NCBI RefSeq assembly: GCF_963921235.1
Contig: NC_086097.1
Span: 207,950,001 to 208,014,000, forward strand
From: Mobula hypostoma
Taxonomy: Eukaryota
Reading direction: 5' to 3'
Length of the DNA: 64,000 nt
The notes beneath the pieces are model-generated. The model searched no databases and was not told where the DNA came from. It saw only the letters and a program-made list of their open reading frames with translations. Shown here piece after piece: positions 26,216 to 39,159 of this stretch (position 1 is its first letter; the number at the start of each line of letters is the position of its first letter). The position numbers were made by a program, and so were the translations under genes.

Positions 26216-26521
26216 GATTGGGCAGTGGATGGGTGTTGACGATGACGCGCTACCCACTGTTTACTGTAATTTGACTGCTCTGAGGAACAGGCAGCTGCCT
26301 GAGTTGAGCCCCCCAGGAAGTGGGGGCCGCTCAGCGTGATGACCCTAGCATTGGCATTATCTGGTATGCGGTTAGACAGGGGGATATGGCCCAGGTGGAG
26401 AAGGCGAAGCACGCCTCCGTTCCCCTACTACTGAAAGAGTGGCCTCGGTTGAAGCTGAAAAAGCAAGTCTTGTACCGGGTCACGTCGCCCCCGGACCACC
26501 CCCGGCGCTGGCAGCTGGACT

Positions 26522-27619
26522 GTGCTCCAGGCACTACATGATGGTTCCGGGCACTTAGGGGTAGAGAAGACCTATGGATTAGTCAAGGACCGGTTTTACT
26601 GGCCCCGGATGAGGGGGGAGGTGGAAGGATACTGTAAGGCCTGTAGTCGTTGCATCAGGAGGAAGACCCTGTCTGCGCAGGCGGCCCCGTTATCCCACTT
26701 GCAGAGTGCGGGACCCATGGATCTGGTGTGTATGGATTTCCTGTCTATTGAGCCAGACACCAGCAACACCGCGAATGTCTTGGTCATCACTGATCACTAC
26801 ACTAGATATGCGCAGGCTTTTCCTACTAAGGACCAGAAAGCGACTACAGTGGCGAAGGTGTTATGGGAGCAGTACTTTGTTCATTATGGCCTTCCCCGGC
26901 GGATCCATAGTGATCAGGGACGGGACTTCGAGAGCAGGCTTATCCATGAATTACTGGGTATGCTTGGGGTCGAGAAATCCAGAACCATCCCCTCTCACCC
27001 ACAGGGTGATCCTCAGCCCGAGAGGTTTAACCAGACCCTGTTGAACATGCTCAGGACTCTGGAGATCGGACAGAAGAGTAAGTGGAGTCAGCACATCGGC
27101 CAGTTGGTTCACTGTTACAATTGTACTTGCAATGACGCTATGGGGTACTCGTCCTATCATCTGATGTTCGGACGGGAAGTGAGGTTGCCCATTGATCTGT
27201 GTTTTGGGACTGAAGCGGGTGAAATACCTTCGAAGCCATATCTGAAGTACATGTCTGATATGAGGAGACAGTTGAAGAGGGCGTACGAGTTGGCTGAGGC
27301 GGCAGCCAATAAACAGAATCAGCAGAATAAGAGGTATGATCAGAAAGTAAAGTTCGCCCGGCTATTGCCGGGAGACCGAGTCCTTATCCGGAATTTAGGA
27401 CTACCTGGTAAGCACAAGTTGGCGGATCGTTGGGCAGCCACCCCCTATGTGGTGGAGAGTCAGATGCCGAATCTCCCGGTTTACCGGGTGAGACCTGAGG
27501 GCGGGCAGGGGCCTGTCAAGGTACTCCATCGGAACCACCTGTTGCCTCTGGGTCAAGAGGTGAAGGTAGACCCAGAGCCCGAATGGGAGTTGACGCCTAC
27601 TAGTACGAGGGCTCTGTGA
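26522..27619 (+). CDS. Gypsy integrase region (HHCC zinc finger, DDE core, C-terminal extension); part of pol, not a stand-alone gene
   Basis: H..SGHLG...C..C; MDF, SDQGRDF, PERFN; LLPGDRV...PYVV. Confidence 0.9.
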   Translation: MLQALHDGSGHLGVEKTYGLVKDRFYWPRMRGEVEGYCKACSRCIRRKTLSAQAAPLSHLQSAGPMDLVCMDFLSIEPDTSNTANVLVITDHYTRYAQAFPTKDQKATTVAKVLWEQYFVHYGLPRRIHSDQGRDFESRLIHELLGMLGVEKSRTIPSHPQGDPQPERFNQTLLNMLRTLEIGQKSKWSQHIGQLVHCYNCTCNDAMGYSSYHLMFGREVRLPIDLCFGTEAGEIPSKPYLKYMSDMRRQLKRAYELAEAAANKQNQQNKRYDQKVKFARLLPGDRVLIRNLGLPGKHKLADRWAATPYVVESQMPNLPVYRVRPEGGQGPVKVLHRNHLLPLGQEVKVDPEPEWELTPTSTRAL

Positions 27620-27967
27620 GGGCGCGGGGCGCGGGAAGAGCCGCTGCGAAAGAGACGGGGCTGGTCCCCACCTCGAGAAGGGATACATCATCGGAAGACG
27701 ATGATTCGGACGTGTGGGTACCTGCTTCCGTTCGCTGATTCCTCGGTGCCGGGAGAAGAGGCTCCTGGCCCTTCCCTCACTGAGTTAGGGGAGAGGAGGG
27801 AGGGTGTTGCAGAGCCGCCTGTAATACAGCCGGGATTGGGGGAAGGAGAGGGTGGAGCCGGAACCTGAGGCAGAGGGCTCACAGGGGCCGAGGGGTCCCC
27901 GTGAGGGTGGTGCCCTGTGTGAGGGTCCGACAGGTAGACATGGGGTGTCTGAACCGGAAGAGTCAGC

Positions 27968-29712
27968 ATGTTAATCTTTTAAATTGCTGCATATGTGGAT
28001 TAAAATGGCTTCTATATTATGTTAAATGCTGAGAAAGTCTCCAGCTAGACATTTGCTTGGGTTAATACAGTCAGCAGGGTGCTATTAGCCAATGGGTGTT
28101 CATGTTATCGTTCTTCGGATGATAATGCTGTCTCATATGACTGTGGACGGGGGTTTTTGACAAGGAGTCGGAGGAGAGACGGGGAGGACGGTGGAGAGAC
28201 GGGGAGTCGGAGGAGAGACGGGGAGGACGGTGGACGGGGGTTTTTGACGGGGAGTCGGAGGAGAGACAGGGAGGACGGTGGAGAGACGGGGAGTCAGAGG
28301 AGAGACGGGGACCGAGGAGAGACGGGGAGGATGGTGGACGGGTTTTTGGGGGGAGTCGGAGGAGAGACGGGGAGGACGGCGGACGTGCGAGGGTTTTTGG
28401 CGGGGAGTCGGAGGAGAGACGGGGAGGACGGTGGAGAGACGGGGAGGACGGTGGAGAGACGGGGAGGACGGCGGACGTGCGGGGGCTTTTGACGGGGAGT
28501 CAGAGGAGAGACGGGGAGGACGGCGGACGTGCGAGGGTTTTTGGCGGGGAGTCGGAGGAGAGACGAGGAGGACGGTGGAGAGATGGGGAGTCGGAGGAGA
28601 GACGGGGAGGACGGTGGAGAGATGGGGAGGACGGTGGACGTGCGGGGACTTCTGACAGGGAGTCGGAGGAGAGACGGGGAGGACGGGGAGGACGGCGGAC
28701 ATGCGGGGGTTTTGACGGGGAGTCGGAGGAGAGACGGGGAGGACAGTGGACGTGCGGGGGTTTTTGACGGGGAGTCGGAGGACAGATGGGGAGGACGGTG
28801 GGGAGTCGGGGAGTTGGAGGAGAAACGGGGAGGACGGTGGACGTGCGGGGGCTTTTGACGGGGAGTCAGAGGAGAGACGGGGAGGACGGTGGAGAGACGG
28901 GGAGTCAGAGGAGAGACGGGGAGGACGACGGACGTGCAGGGGTTTTTGGCGGGAAGTCGGAGGAGAGACGGGAAGGACGGAGGATGGGGGTTTTTGGCGG
29001 AGAGTCGGAGGAGAGACGGGGAGGACGGTGGAGAGACGGGGAGTCAGAGGAGAGACGGGGAGGACCGCGGACGTGCGGGGGTTTTTGGGGGGGGGTCGGT
29101 GGAGAGACGGGGAGGACGGCGGACGGGGTTTTCGGCAGGGAGGACGGAGGAGAGACGGGGAGTCGGAGGAGAGAGGGGGGTTTTTGACGGGGAGTCGGAG
29201 GAGAGATGGGGAGGACCGTGGACGTGCGGGGGTTTTTGGGGGGTGGGGTCGGTGGAGAGACAGGGAGGATGGCGGAGAGATGGGGAGTTGGAGGAGAGAC
29301 AGGGAGGACGGTGGCGGGGTTTTGGCGGGGAGTCGGAGGAGAGACGGGGAGGACGGCAGACGTGCGGAAAGGCTCCAGTCGATCACTCCGGGTGGTCCCG
29401 AGCCGTGAGTCGACAGGATCCGGGTGGTCGTCAGGAATTGATTGAGCTCCAATGGTTACGCACGAAGAACTCGGACTTTGTTAAGTGTTGGCACCTTTTT
29501 TTCCCCATTACTTTTTTGTATTGAACTGATATTAATTTCATAGACATAGTAATAGCTATAAAGTGTACTTGGTAAAACGTACTGGGTGTGCTGGCTGATG
29601 ATTGATGTTTGGGCTTGATTCGGGCGGCAACCAACCCAGCGGGATGCGTTGAGGTGGGTGCCGGGCGGAATTTCCCCCCGACATATACGAGCCAATATAA
29701 CTGAGCATTACA
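27968..29712 (+). repeat. 3' LTR, missing its first ~50 bp and the polypurine tract; contains a rearranged G-rich array (~28145-29360)
   Basis: Alignment to the 5' LTR starts at atgttaatcttttaaattg and ends gagcattaca followed by the TSD. Confidence 0.9.
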
Positions 29713-30219
29713 TCAGCCATATACTTCCACTCTAATTTCACTTTCACGTCATTCACCTAATTATTTTTTTAATCATCCTCTCTACTTCTCAGTTTGCAAT
29801 CAATTCATATAATAAGCCTAGACTCTCACAGCCATCTTGACCCTGCCATGTCCCACCAGCTTCTCATAAGAACACAATTCCTTATAATGCTATAACTGTT
29901 CTGATTACTGTATCTTCCAAACCTGTGCTTCCAAGACAGCTTTTTCCTTAATCATGGTTTTCCCTTAACCATGCTTTATGGAACTTGCAACCATGCTGGT
30001 TCCATTCTCCTCACTTCAACTCTAAACCCTACTCCTCCCACTCAGACTAGGTACTGTACTCTCTAATCTTCACCACCTACACTACCAGCCTCCACATAGC
30101 ATCTACATTTCAATGTTGGTTCCTATCTCCCTCCTTCCCATTCAGCATTTCAGAGATCATTCCCACTGCAAGTACCTTGCTCACTCTAACTTCCCTTTCT
30201 CAGTACACAGTAAAAGACC

Positions 30220-30765
30220 ACAAGGCTATAAAACACAGGAACAGAATTAGACTATTCAACCCATCAAGACTGCTCCGTCATTCCATCATGACCCACTCCC
30301 CTGCATCCTCCCTGTAATCTTTGACACCTTTACTGATTAAGATCTTATGAACCTCTGCTTTAAGTAAACCCAATGACTTGGCCTCCACAGCCATCTGTGG
30401 CAATGAGTTGCAAAGATTCACCACTCTCTGGCTAAAGAAATTCCTCCTCATCTCTGCTGTAATGGGATATTTGTCTATTCTGAGGTTGTGCCTTCTGGTG
30501 CTAGACAACCCTACTTTAGAACACATGCTCTCCACGTCCACTCTATCTAAGCCTTTCAATATTCAATAACTTTCTGAGATCCTCTCATTTTTCTAAACTC
30601 CAGCAAGTACATGCTCAGAGCCATCAAACACTCCTCATACATTAACCCTGTCATTCCCAGACCATTCTCATTAATCTCCTCTGGACCCTCTCCAATGGCA
30701 ACACATTCTTTTTTTGCCCAACTTTGCTCACAATTCTCTGACTAATGCCTCATAAAGCCTCAGAA
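30220..30765 (-). mobile_element. CR1 3' fragment
   Basis: ORF 30278-30559 KGLDRVDVE...RRNFFSQRVVNL.NSLP. Confidence 0.85.
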
Positions 30766-32068
30766 AGCCATATCAAGACTGGACAGCTCTGATGAGAGAT
30801 CATCAACCTGTGACACCATTTCTCTTCCTCCCCCCACCCACCCCAAGTTCATTCAGATGTGCAGTTGCAGAGTTTTATAACTCAGCTCCACCATTAGCTG
30901 CTTTCCCCAGTTTTCATTCAGTTTTATATCTCTGCAATTAGTAGGCCTTCCTTTCTGAGCCAACATTATCACCTCATGGCCAGTCTCTCTCTTCCCATCA
31001 TGGGCATTTTCTTTTAACACACCACAATTCACCTTCTTTAGAACTTAAACATTTAAACTTTTTCTGCTATAATGAAAGGTCATCTACTTGACATACTAAT
31101 TCTGTTTTGTTCTCTACAGATGCTGCCAACATTGAGTATTTCTTGCGGCCTTAAAGACATTCAGTGGTTACAGATACAAAGGACTTGGAAGCACATAAAC
31201 AGAGGGTTATTAAAATGGCAATTGCACTAAATAGCGACAGGATGCCCAACAGCAAGAAAATAGCATAGACTATAAATATTAGGGCAGGCCTGAAGTACTT
31301 GGATATACCGTCATTTTAAATTACCCTTGAACACAACCAAATCCACTCCAGCTAAAGCCATTACTGGGATTTCCCAGCATAGCAGCTCCAACGAAATCAA
31401 TAGGAAGAAACAGTTATCCACAAGATGGGGATTTTTAAAAAAAGCATCCTTACTTTTTGATAGCACTTGAGTGTTTCTAAACATTTGGAATAGCAGAAGC
31501 ATTCACTTTCATTCTAAACATCAGCTTTGACAGACAACGAGCACGGGGATTGGCTTCACCACCTATTAAAGGCATTCTTGGAGCTACAGGCAGAGGGGCC
31601 TTGCACCTCTTTGGCTGGAAGCCGGCAGAAGAAGACTGCCCAGGCTCTATGCTGGACCTCAGATCATGGTTTAGAAACAAACAATGAGCAAGCTCAAGCA
31701 ACCTGCTAATTAGTAGGATATTCAGCCAAACTTCTCTAAGACGGCAGGTTTCTTAAGGAAAGATAGGAAAGACATCACACAAGATCAGCATTCAGAGACA
31801 GAACTGTATATGCTAATAGAATTAATGTAAGCATATTGATAAGAGACTGAATAAAAAGAGTAAGCAGTGTTATTTTCGAAAAGAGGATAAGACAGCCAAA
31901 AATTAAAGTACAAAGAAATATATCATTTAGCTACTCAAGCTGTTCATTACTTAACTAACCTTTGCTAATAAACATATTCCAAAATACTCCTTGCTCTTTG
32001 TTTACACAACACACACCAAAATCGCTGGTGAACGCAGCAGGCTAGGCAGCATCTCTAGGAAGAGGTAC

Positions 32069-32104
32069 AGTTGACGTTTCAGGCCGAGACCCTTCGTCAG
32101 GACT
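32069..32104 (-). ncRNA. Minimal hammerhead ribozyme motif in PLE terminal repeat
   Basis: Minus strand agtc-CUGACGA-a-gggucucggccu-GAAA-cGUC-aacu. Confidence 0.7.
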
Positions 32105-34014
32105 AACTGAAGGAAGTGTTAGTAAGAGATTTGAAAGTGGGAGGGGGAGGGGGAGATCCAAAATGATAGGAGAAGACAGGAGGGGGAGGGATGGAGCCAA
32201 GAGCTGGACAGGTGATTGGCAAAGGGGATATGAGAGGATCATGGGACAGGAGGTCCGGGGAGAAAGACGGGTGGGGGGGGCGCAGAGGATGGGCAAGGGG
32301 TATAGTCAGAGGGACAGAGGGAGAAAAAGGAGAGTGAGAGAAAGAATGTGTGTATAAAAATAAATAACGGATGGGGTACGAGGGGAAGGTGGGGCATTAG
32401 CGGAAGTTAGAGAAGTCAGTGTTCATGCCATCAGGTTGGAGGCTACCCAGACGGAATATAAGGTGTTGTTCCTCCAACCTGAGTGTGGCTTCATAGTGGA
32501 GGAGGCCGTGGATAGACATGTCAGAATGGGAATGGGATGTGGAATTAAAATGTGTGGCCACTGGGAGATCCTGCTTTCTCTGGCGGACAGAGCGTAGGTG
32601 TTCAGCAAAGCGGTCTCCCAGTCTGCGTCAGGTCTCGCCAATATATAGAAGGCCACATCGGGAGCACCGGATGCAGTATATCACCCCAGCTGACTCACAG
32701 GTGATGTGTCCCCTCACCTGGAAAGACTGTCTGGGGCCCTGAATGGTGGTAAGGGAGGAAGTGTAAGGGCATGTGTAGCACTTGTTCTGCTTACAAGGAT
32801 AAGTGCCAGGAGGGAGATCAGTGGGGAAGGATGAGGGGGGGGGACGAATGGACAAGGGAGTCGCGTAGGGAGTGATTCCTGCAGAAAGCTGGGGGTGGGG
32901 GGGGGAGGGAAAGATGTGCTTAGTGGTGGGATCCCATTGGAGGTGGCGGAAGTTACAGAGAATAATATGTTGGACCTGGAGGCTGGTGGGGTGGTAGGTG
33001 AGGACCAGGGAAACCCTATTCCTAGTGGGGTGGCGGGAGGATGGAGTGAGAGCAGATGTGTGTGAAATGGGGGAGATGTGTTTGAGAGCAGAGTTGATGG
33101 TGGAGGAAGGGAAGCCCCTTTCTTTAAAAAAGGAGGACATCTTCCTCGTCCTGGAATGAAAAGCCTCATCCTGAGAGCAGATGCGGCGGAGACAGAGGAA
33201 TTGCGAGAAGGGGATGGCATTTTTGGTGCGAAGAGGAATAGTCCAGATAGCTGTGAGAGTCAGTAGGCTTATAGTAGACATCAGTGGATAAGCTGTCTCC
33301 AGAGATAGAGACAGAAAGATCTAGAAAGGGGAGGGAGGCGTCAGAAATGGACCAGGTAAACTTGAGGGCAGGGTGAAAGTTGGAGGCAAAGTTAATAAAG
33401 TCAACGAGCTCAGCATGCGTGCAGGAAGCAGCGCCAATGCAGTTGTTGATGTAGCAAAGGAAAAGTGGGGGACAGAGACCGGAATAGGCACGGAACATAG
33501 ATTGTTCCACAAAGCCAACAAGAAGGCAGGCATAGCTAGGACCCATACGGGTGCCCATAGCTACACCTTTAGTTTGAAGGAAGTGGGAGGAGCCAAAGGA
33601 GAAATTATTAAGAGTAAGGACTAATTCCGCTAGACGGAGCAGAGTGGTGGTAGAGGGGAACTGGTCTGGGTAGCCTCCAACCTGATGGCATGAACATTGA
33701 CTTCTCTAACTTCCGCTAATGTCCCACCTCCCCCTCGTACTCCATCCGTTATTTATTTTTATACACACATTCTTTCTCTCACTCTCCTTTTTCTCCCTCT
33801 GTCCCTCTGACTACACCCCTTGCCCATCCTCTGGGTCCCCCCCCACCACCGTCTTTCTCCCCGGACCTCCTGTCCCATGATACTCTCATATCCCCTTTGC
33901 CAATCACCTGTCCAGCTCTTGGCTCCATCCCTCCCCCTCCTGTCTTCTCCTATCATTTTGGATCTCCCCTTCCCCCTCCCACTTTCAAATCTCTTACTAA
34001 CTCTTCCTTCAGTT

Positions 34015-34050
34015 AGTCCTGACGAAGGGTCTCGGCCTGAAACGTCAACT
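34015..34050 (+). ncRNA. Minimal hammerhead ribozyme motif in PLE terminal repeat
   Basis: agtc-CTGACGA-a-gggtctcggcct-GAAA-cGTC-aact. Confidence 0.7.
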
Positions 34051-34593
34051 GTAGAGATGCTGCCTGGCCTGCTGCGTTCACCAGCAACTTTGATGTGTGT
34101 TGCTTGAATTTTGAGCATCTGCAGAATTCCTGTTGTTTGTCTTTGTTTACACTTTAGGTTAACAAAATATTCTCAAATTTGAAAACTGAACCATCATCAA
34201 CTGTTGCCTGCTGGATAGTTCCAAACTTCCATTGCATTTTACAAGAATTAGCTCCCAACTTCACTCCTGAAGGTCATAGCTTGAATTTTAGCCGATGATG
34301 ATTGGAAATAAACTTGACTCTTAACCACCTTACAGGTGGCCTTTAATACCTGATCACTGAATAAAGTAAGTCTTTAATCCTTTGTTCATAGGAATAGAGC
34401 TTTAGTTTTCATAATCCCCCAATGCAATTAATCTATGGTATCATTCTGGTTAATTATTGCAGAGAACTTCCACAAATAGTGCATTTTTCTTAAGCTACAG
34501 TGAACTAAACTACCCTTAGCACTAAACGATATGATTAACCAAGGGTTATAAAGCTGTAGTATCATTTCTGTCCCTTCGATTCTACAAGATCTA

Positions 34594-36139
34594 CTGTGCC
34601 TTGAATAAGTATTCAGCCCCCACAACTATTTTCACATTTAATGTCTCATTTTCTAAGTTTAAAATAAATTGAAGTAGGATTTTTTGAGCTAATCTACAAA
34701 ACATTGTGCATCATGTCAAATCAAAAGAAAATTTCCAAAACCTGTCAACAATTTATGAAAAATTGTAAACCACGGTTGATGCTGAAGAAGTATTCATCCC
34801 CTTCATAATAACACTAACTTTGCTCAGATGCAATATACAGTATTAACCTTACCAACTCGCCCAAATTGGAGGATCACCTGTTTTCAATTAATTTAAAGGA
34901 ATAAATGCCTCCTCTCTCTGTAAGGTCCAATAGTATGAGTTTCAACAGACCAAACCAAAATGAAGACAAAGGAGCATTCAACACAAGTCAGGGAAATGAT
35001 AATAGAGTAGCACAAATCTGGGGAAGGGTACAATACTGTCTCAATGATGCTGAATATACCTCAGAGCTCAGGACAGTCCATTGTGAAAATGTGGGAAAAA
35101 AATGAAACCACAGCCACACTGCCTAGGTCAAGCTGCCCCACCAAACTGAGTCACTGGAGAAGAATGGAACTTGTAAGAGAGGCTACTGTGATGCCAACAG
35201 TTATTGTGAGTGAGCTGCAGAAGTCAACAGCTGCAACTGGAGATGAAATTCATGGCTCCAGAATCTCCAAAGCCTTGCACAAAGAGTACTTATGGAAGAA
35301 TGGCAAGGAAGAAGCCCTGCAAAAAAACCCAGCTTATCTTTGCTTGTCAAGACTTTGCAAAGTATCACTTAAATGATACTGTAAAAATGAGAAGAAGGTC
35401 TTGTGGTTGGATGAGACTAAAGTGAAACTTTTTGGCCTCAACACTAAGCAATATATGTGGCATAAATTTAATACTGCGCATCAGCTAGGTAACACCGTCC
35501 CTACCGTAAAGTATGGTGGAGATAGCATGAGGCTATGGGAATGCTTTTCAGCGGCAGGGTCTAGAAATCTGGTCAGGTTCGATGGAAAGTGTTGCTAAAC
35601 AGAGATCCTGGATAAAAACCTGCTAGCCTCTGCCAGGAAGCTTAAACTGGGGAGGAAGTTCATCTTTCAGTAGAACAATGACTGATAGCACACTGCCAGA
35701 GCAACCATGCTGTGACAATAAAGAAAACCAGTTGCCCAGAGTCCTGACCTTAACCTGAACAAATATGTCTGGCAAGACCTGAAGATTGCTGTCTACCCCC
35801 GCTCACCAGCTAATCTGGCACAGCTTGAGCAACTTTGCAAGGAGGAATGGGCAAATGTTGCTCCATCAGATTGTGCAAAGCTAACAGAGACATCCAAAAA
35901 GGCTACTGGCTGTAATAGCTGTGAGAGGTGGTTCAACTAAGTACTGAGCAAGGGGATGAACAAATTTGAACCGGTGACATTTCAGTTTTTCATTCTTTAC
36001 AATTTTTCCTGTTTTTCGGGCTCTATTCTGAAAAAAGAGCATGTGATTCACAAATAAAAATTCCCCATTAAGTTGATCAAAAACACTCATTTATGTGGGA
36101 AAAATAGGGTTGGAGGCTGAATACTCTTACAAGGCACAT
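34594..36139 (+). mobile_element. Full-length but disabled Tc1-type transposon
   Basis: TIRs tgtgccttgaataagtattcagcc / ggctgaatactcttacaaggcaca. Broken transposase from ~34960 (MKTKEHS, WLDETKVKLFG, PTVKYGG, QSPDLN). Confidence 0.88.
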
Positions 36140-37669
36140 CTGCTCATCCCATGTTACTTTTATTATCTTTTCTATTAGAATGATGGTCACCCAAAATTGT
36201 TTGGACTTTTACTGCTGCAGTCTTTCATGACCATGTATTCTGTTTCATCCTTTTAAGACTGAAGTGGATGTCTTTATCAAAATACATTCACCACAAAAAT
36301 TCAATCTCTGTGAGAGGCCATTCAATTAAGATATATAACTTAGATAATGGGATAGAAACTGTGAATAGTAAAAAGTTAAGGCCTCAAATTGTTGCAGATA
36401 AAACTGGAATCTGCGATTTAAACTACCTGTTTATCATGCCATTGTCTCCTCGGGACAGTTAATTTCCCAACCAGTTTAATGACTTGCCTCGAGCTTTTGC
36501 TGATAGTACTTCATTAAATGCTTTCTACAGACTCATATGAAGGGAATCCATCAACATTTTTTCCTACATTAACTACCATTTCAAAGAAAAATGCAAAGCA
36601 TGACTTGACCTTTGCTTATCTAAGGTCTTTCTCTCATTTTATAAATTTCAATACTTCAGTAGATTAAACCACAATTTTCAAAATATACTATTACATTATT
36701 TGTAATCAATTTTTAATCTATAAATTGGTATTTATTTAACCTGCCAGTTTAACCTGCAACGGATGCCAGTTTTCCAGATTCAAATTCTAACAAGTTCTAG
36801 CTAAAATGTATTTGTTTTCACAGGGGTTACATCTTGCAGGATGCAAGTCATCCGGGTCAGTGGACTAATCAGCTTTCAGTCCCATTCATTTCCCAAATAC
36901 CAGTTCTCATTAATATTCAGTATTAATGGAATGTTCGTAATATTATCTACAATAAATATAAATGCAGCGTATTTAACTCCTGATTTTCTTTCTGCCCATA
37001 TCAATTTTCCCAGCCTCATTCTCTGAGGAATTGATTACTTGGACCCTATATACTTAACTTATTGTGCTTTTTTTATATCCCTCATTGCTTCCCTATACTT
37101 GCTTTCTCAAGATTTATTTTTGCCTTCTTTTTTATTCTAAATTTATCCCAATCTATAGGTCTATCTATAAAGGCTGCTGCATTTTTCTGGTTTATCTTGC
37201 CACTTTATATCCTTATTTTTCCTCTCCCTCTCGCATATATCTTCTTTACTGGGATATAATTTTACTGAGTTTCTTGAATTACCTTCTTAAACTGACATTC
37301 CTTGCCTAGTGTTTTTCCTACTCGTCCATTGGCCCACTCCACTCTAGCCAACACCATCCTGAGTCCTTTGTAACATCCTTTACAAGAGTCAAAATAAGTT
37401 TAAAACTTCAAGTATAAAATGAAGATTTTGAAAGGGTCAAGCATACTGACTGTATACCATCAATAGCAGTTGACTTATGCTATTCCATTCACCAACTGCA
37501 TCGGTAATATCTTGCAAAAATGGAAACAGTATTGTCATTCAGCCCACTAAGATATCCTTCAGTGTAAATGTACTCATGAGACTATCTACTGCTAGCATCA
37601 AAGACATTAAAATGCTAAAATGAAGCTTAATTGTTCAACTTAAGTTGTGCAAGTTTAAAGGAAAGTTAC

Positions 37670-37774
37670 CTGGGAACTCAACTGAGTTTTAATCCAGTTG
37701 AAATAATAGTTCAGATCACTTCCTTCCATCAATTCACGGCCCCAAGCAGCCAACTTTGCTATGATTCTTGCTGC
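37670..37774 (-). CDS. ATP6V1H: ATP6V1H internal coding exon (105 nt): AARIIAKLAAWGRELMEGSDLNYYFNWIKTQLSSQ
   Basis: Near-identical to vertebrate subunit H; acceptor gtgtccacag, donor gtaact. Confidence 0.97.
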
Positions 37775-39159
37775 CTGTGGACACAAAATGCAAAACTTCT
37801 CTAACTACATTTGGAATCTCTGAAAATCTATACCAACTTAGCAACTGAAAACACATTTTAAAAACAATCAACAAGACCACAAAATGGCAGTGTCAAAATT
37901 TGCACTGGCAACAGATAAGCTAACTTGTCTATTTACTCAAAATGACATTATTTTTATGTAGACAGGCTAATACAACTAATATCATAATTATATTGATAAT
38001 TTCCTACAACTATAGCAGAGCAAAAGGCTACTAATGAAAGCAAGAAGAAATTTAAAAGCACAAAGTCATTTCCAGAAGTTGATCCGAAACGATGAATACA
38101 ATGTAAACTTGCTTTTCTGCAAATTCTTTCTACTAAACTTGAAACTAAATGTGTTTTGTGCAGGTATTTTCTGACAATTTGTTGCAGATGTTGAAAAATG
38201 GGTTAACGCCACTTCTCGACACCAAAAAAATGGCTGTTGAATACCTTCTTTAAAACAAGCAAAAGAATCTGCTTCCGACGTACACTTAATGAAATACCAA
38301 TATTACTTTAAGTAATGCCCTACTTAACAAGGAGCTACATCTTGCTATCAAACATAAAATCCTAGGAATGATGAGAGAAATTACATGTGAGCTGACCAAA
38401 GAAAAAGAAAAGGTAAATCAGGGAAATAAATGGACAGAACTGAAAGGAAGGGAACAGTGAGCTGCAATCAGCACGAGAGATCATTTGTTGGTGATGCAGC
38501 GCAAGGTTTAACGAGAGTTTGGGTGTTTTCGAGACTTTTCAGTGTGCTATAGTCATAATGCACTCGAAAGGGGCCAATAAAAAGAAGTGAGGTGTAAGTG
38601 GAGCGGCCATTGTGGGAGAGATCTGTATTAGAGGGGTCAGGCTCTGGCTCAACAAGCTTAGGGAAGAATAAGCTTGGACAAGCACAGGAAGATGTTCCAA
38701 CTAAATTTCTAATAAGTTTATTTTTTCTGTTAGGACATAGCTAGTATGCCAAGAATAAGTCCAGGGTTAGAGGTACGTTCCTTGTGTGAGATATGGGAAC
38801 TTCAGTCTCTCTGATATCTACATCGACATGAAGTGCGCCGTGCTGTTGCTCAGTAGATACCCTTTTAATGAACTGAAGGTACAGCTCATATGGGAAAATG
38901 AGAAGGTGTTAGATAAGAGCGACAGGGAGGTAGTCACTCCTAAGTTGCAGGAGGCAGGTACCTGGGTGACTATCAGGAGAGGGAAAAGGAACAGGCAGCC
39001 AGTTCAAAGTACCCAAGTAGCCATTCTCCTCAATAATTATACTGCTTTGGATTCTGTTGTTTTTTTTGGGGGGGGAGGAGGGTGGTAATGTTCTTCCAGG
39101 GGAAGCTGCAGCGACCTGATCTCTATCACCGAGAGTGTCTCTGTGGCTCAGAAGAGCAG

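Larger units (their letters stand above)
23892..29712 (+). mobile_element. Gypsy/Ty3 LTR retrotransposon, internally deleted (no protease, RT or RNase H)
   Basis: TG...CA termini (tgtacgggg ... gagcattaca), 4-bp TSD TCAG (23888-91 / 29713-16), two homologous LTRs, PBS, gag fragment and integrase. Confidence 0.93.
23530..30200 (+). mobile_element. Old Penelope-like RT remnant split by the Gypsy insertion (pieces ~23530-23891 and ~29713-30200)
   Basis: The left piece encodes VMGTHMGTSY (cf. AMGTRMGPSY). The right piece has a decayed YYKPTDSHSYLD-like stretch at ~29808-29840. Confidence 0.6.
32008..34139 (-). mobile_element. Penelope-like element (5'-truncated RT plus GIY-YIG endonuclease) with inverted pseudo-LTRs
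   Basis: Minus-strand AMGTRMGPSYA, FHPALKFTWS, LPFLD, YYKPTDSHSYL and VIYCIRCSRCGLLYIGET. About 32008-32445 is an inverted copy of ~33665-34102. TSD tctttgtttacac (31995-32007 / 34140-34152). Confidence 0.92.
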
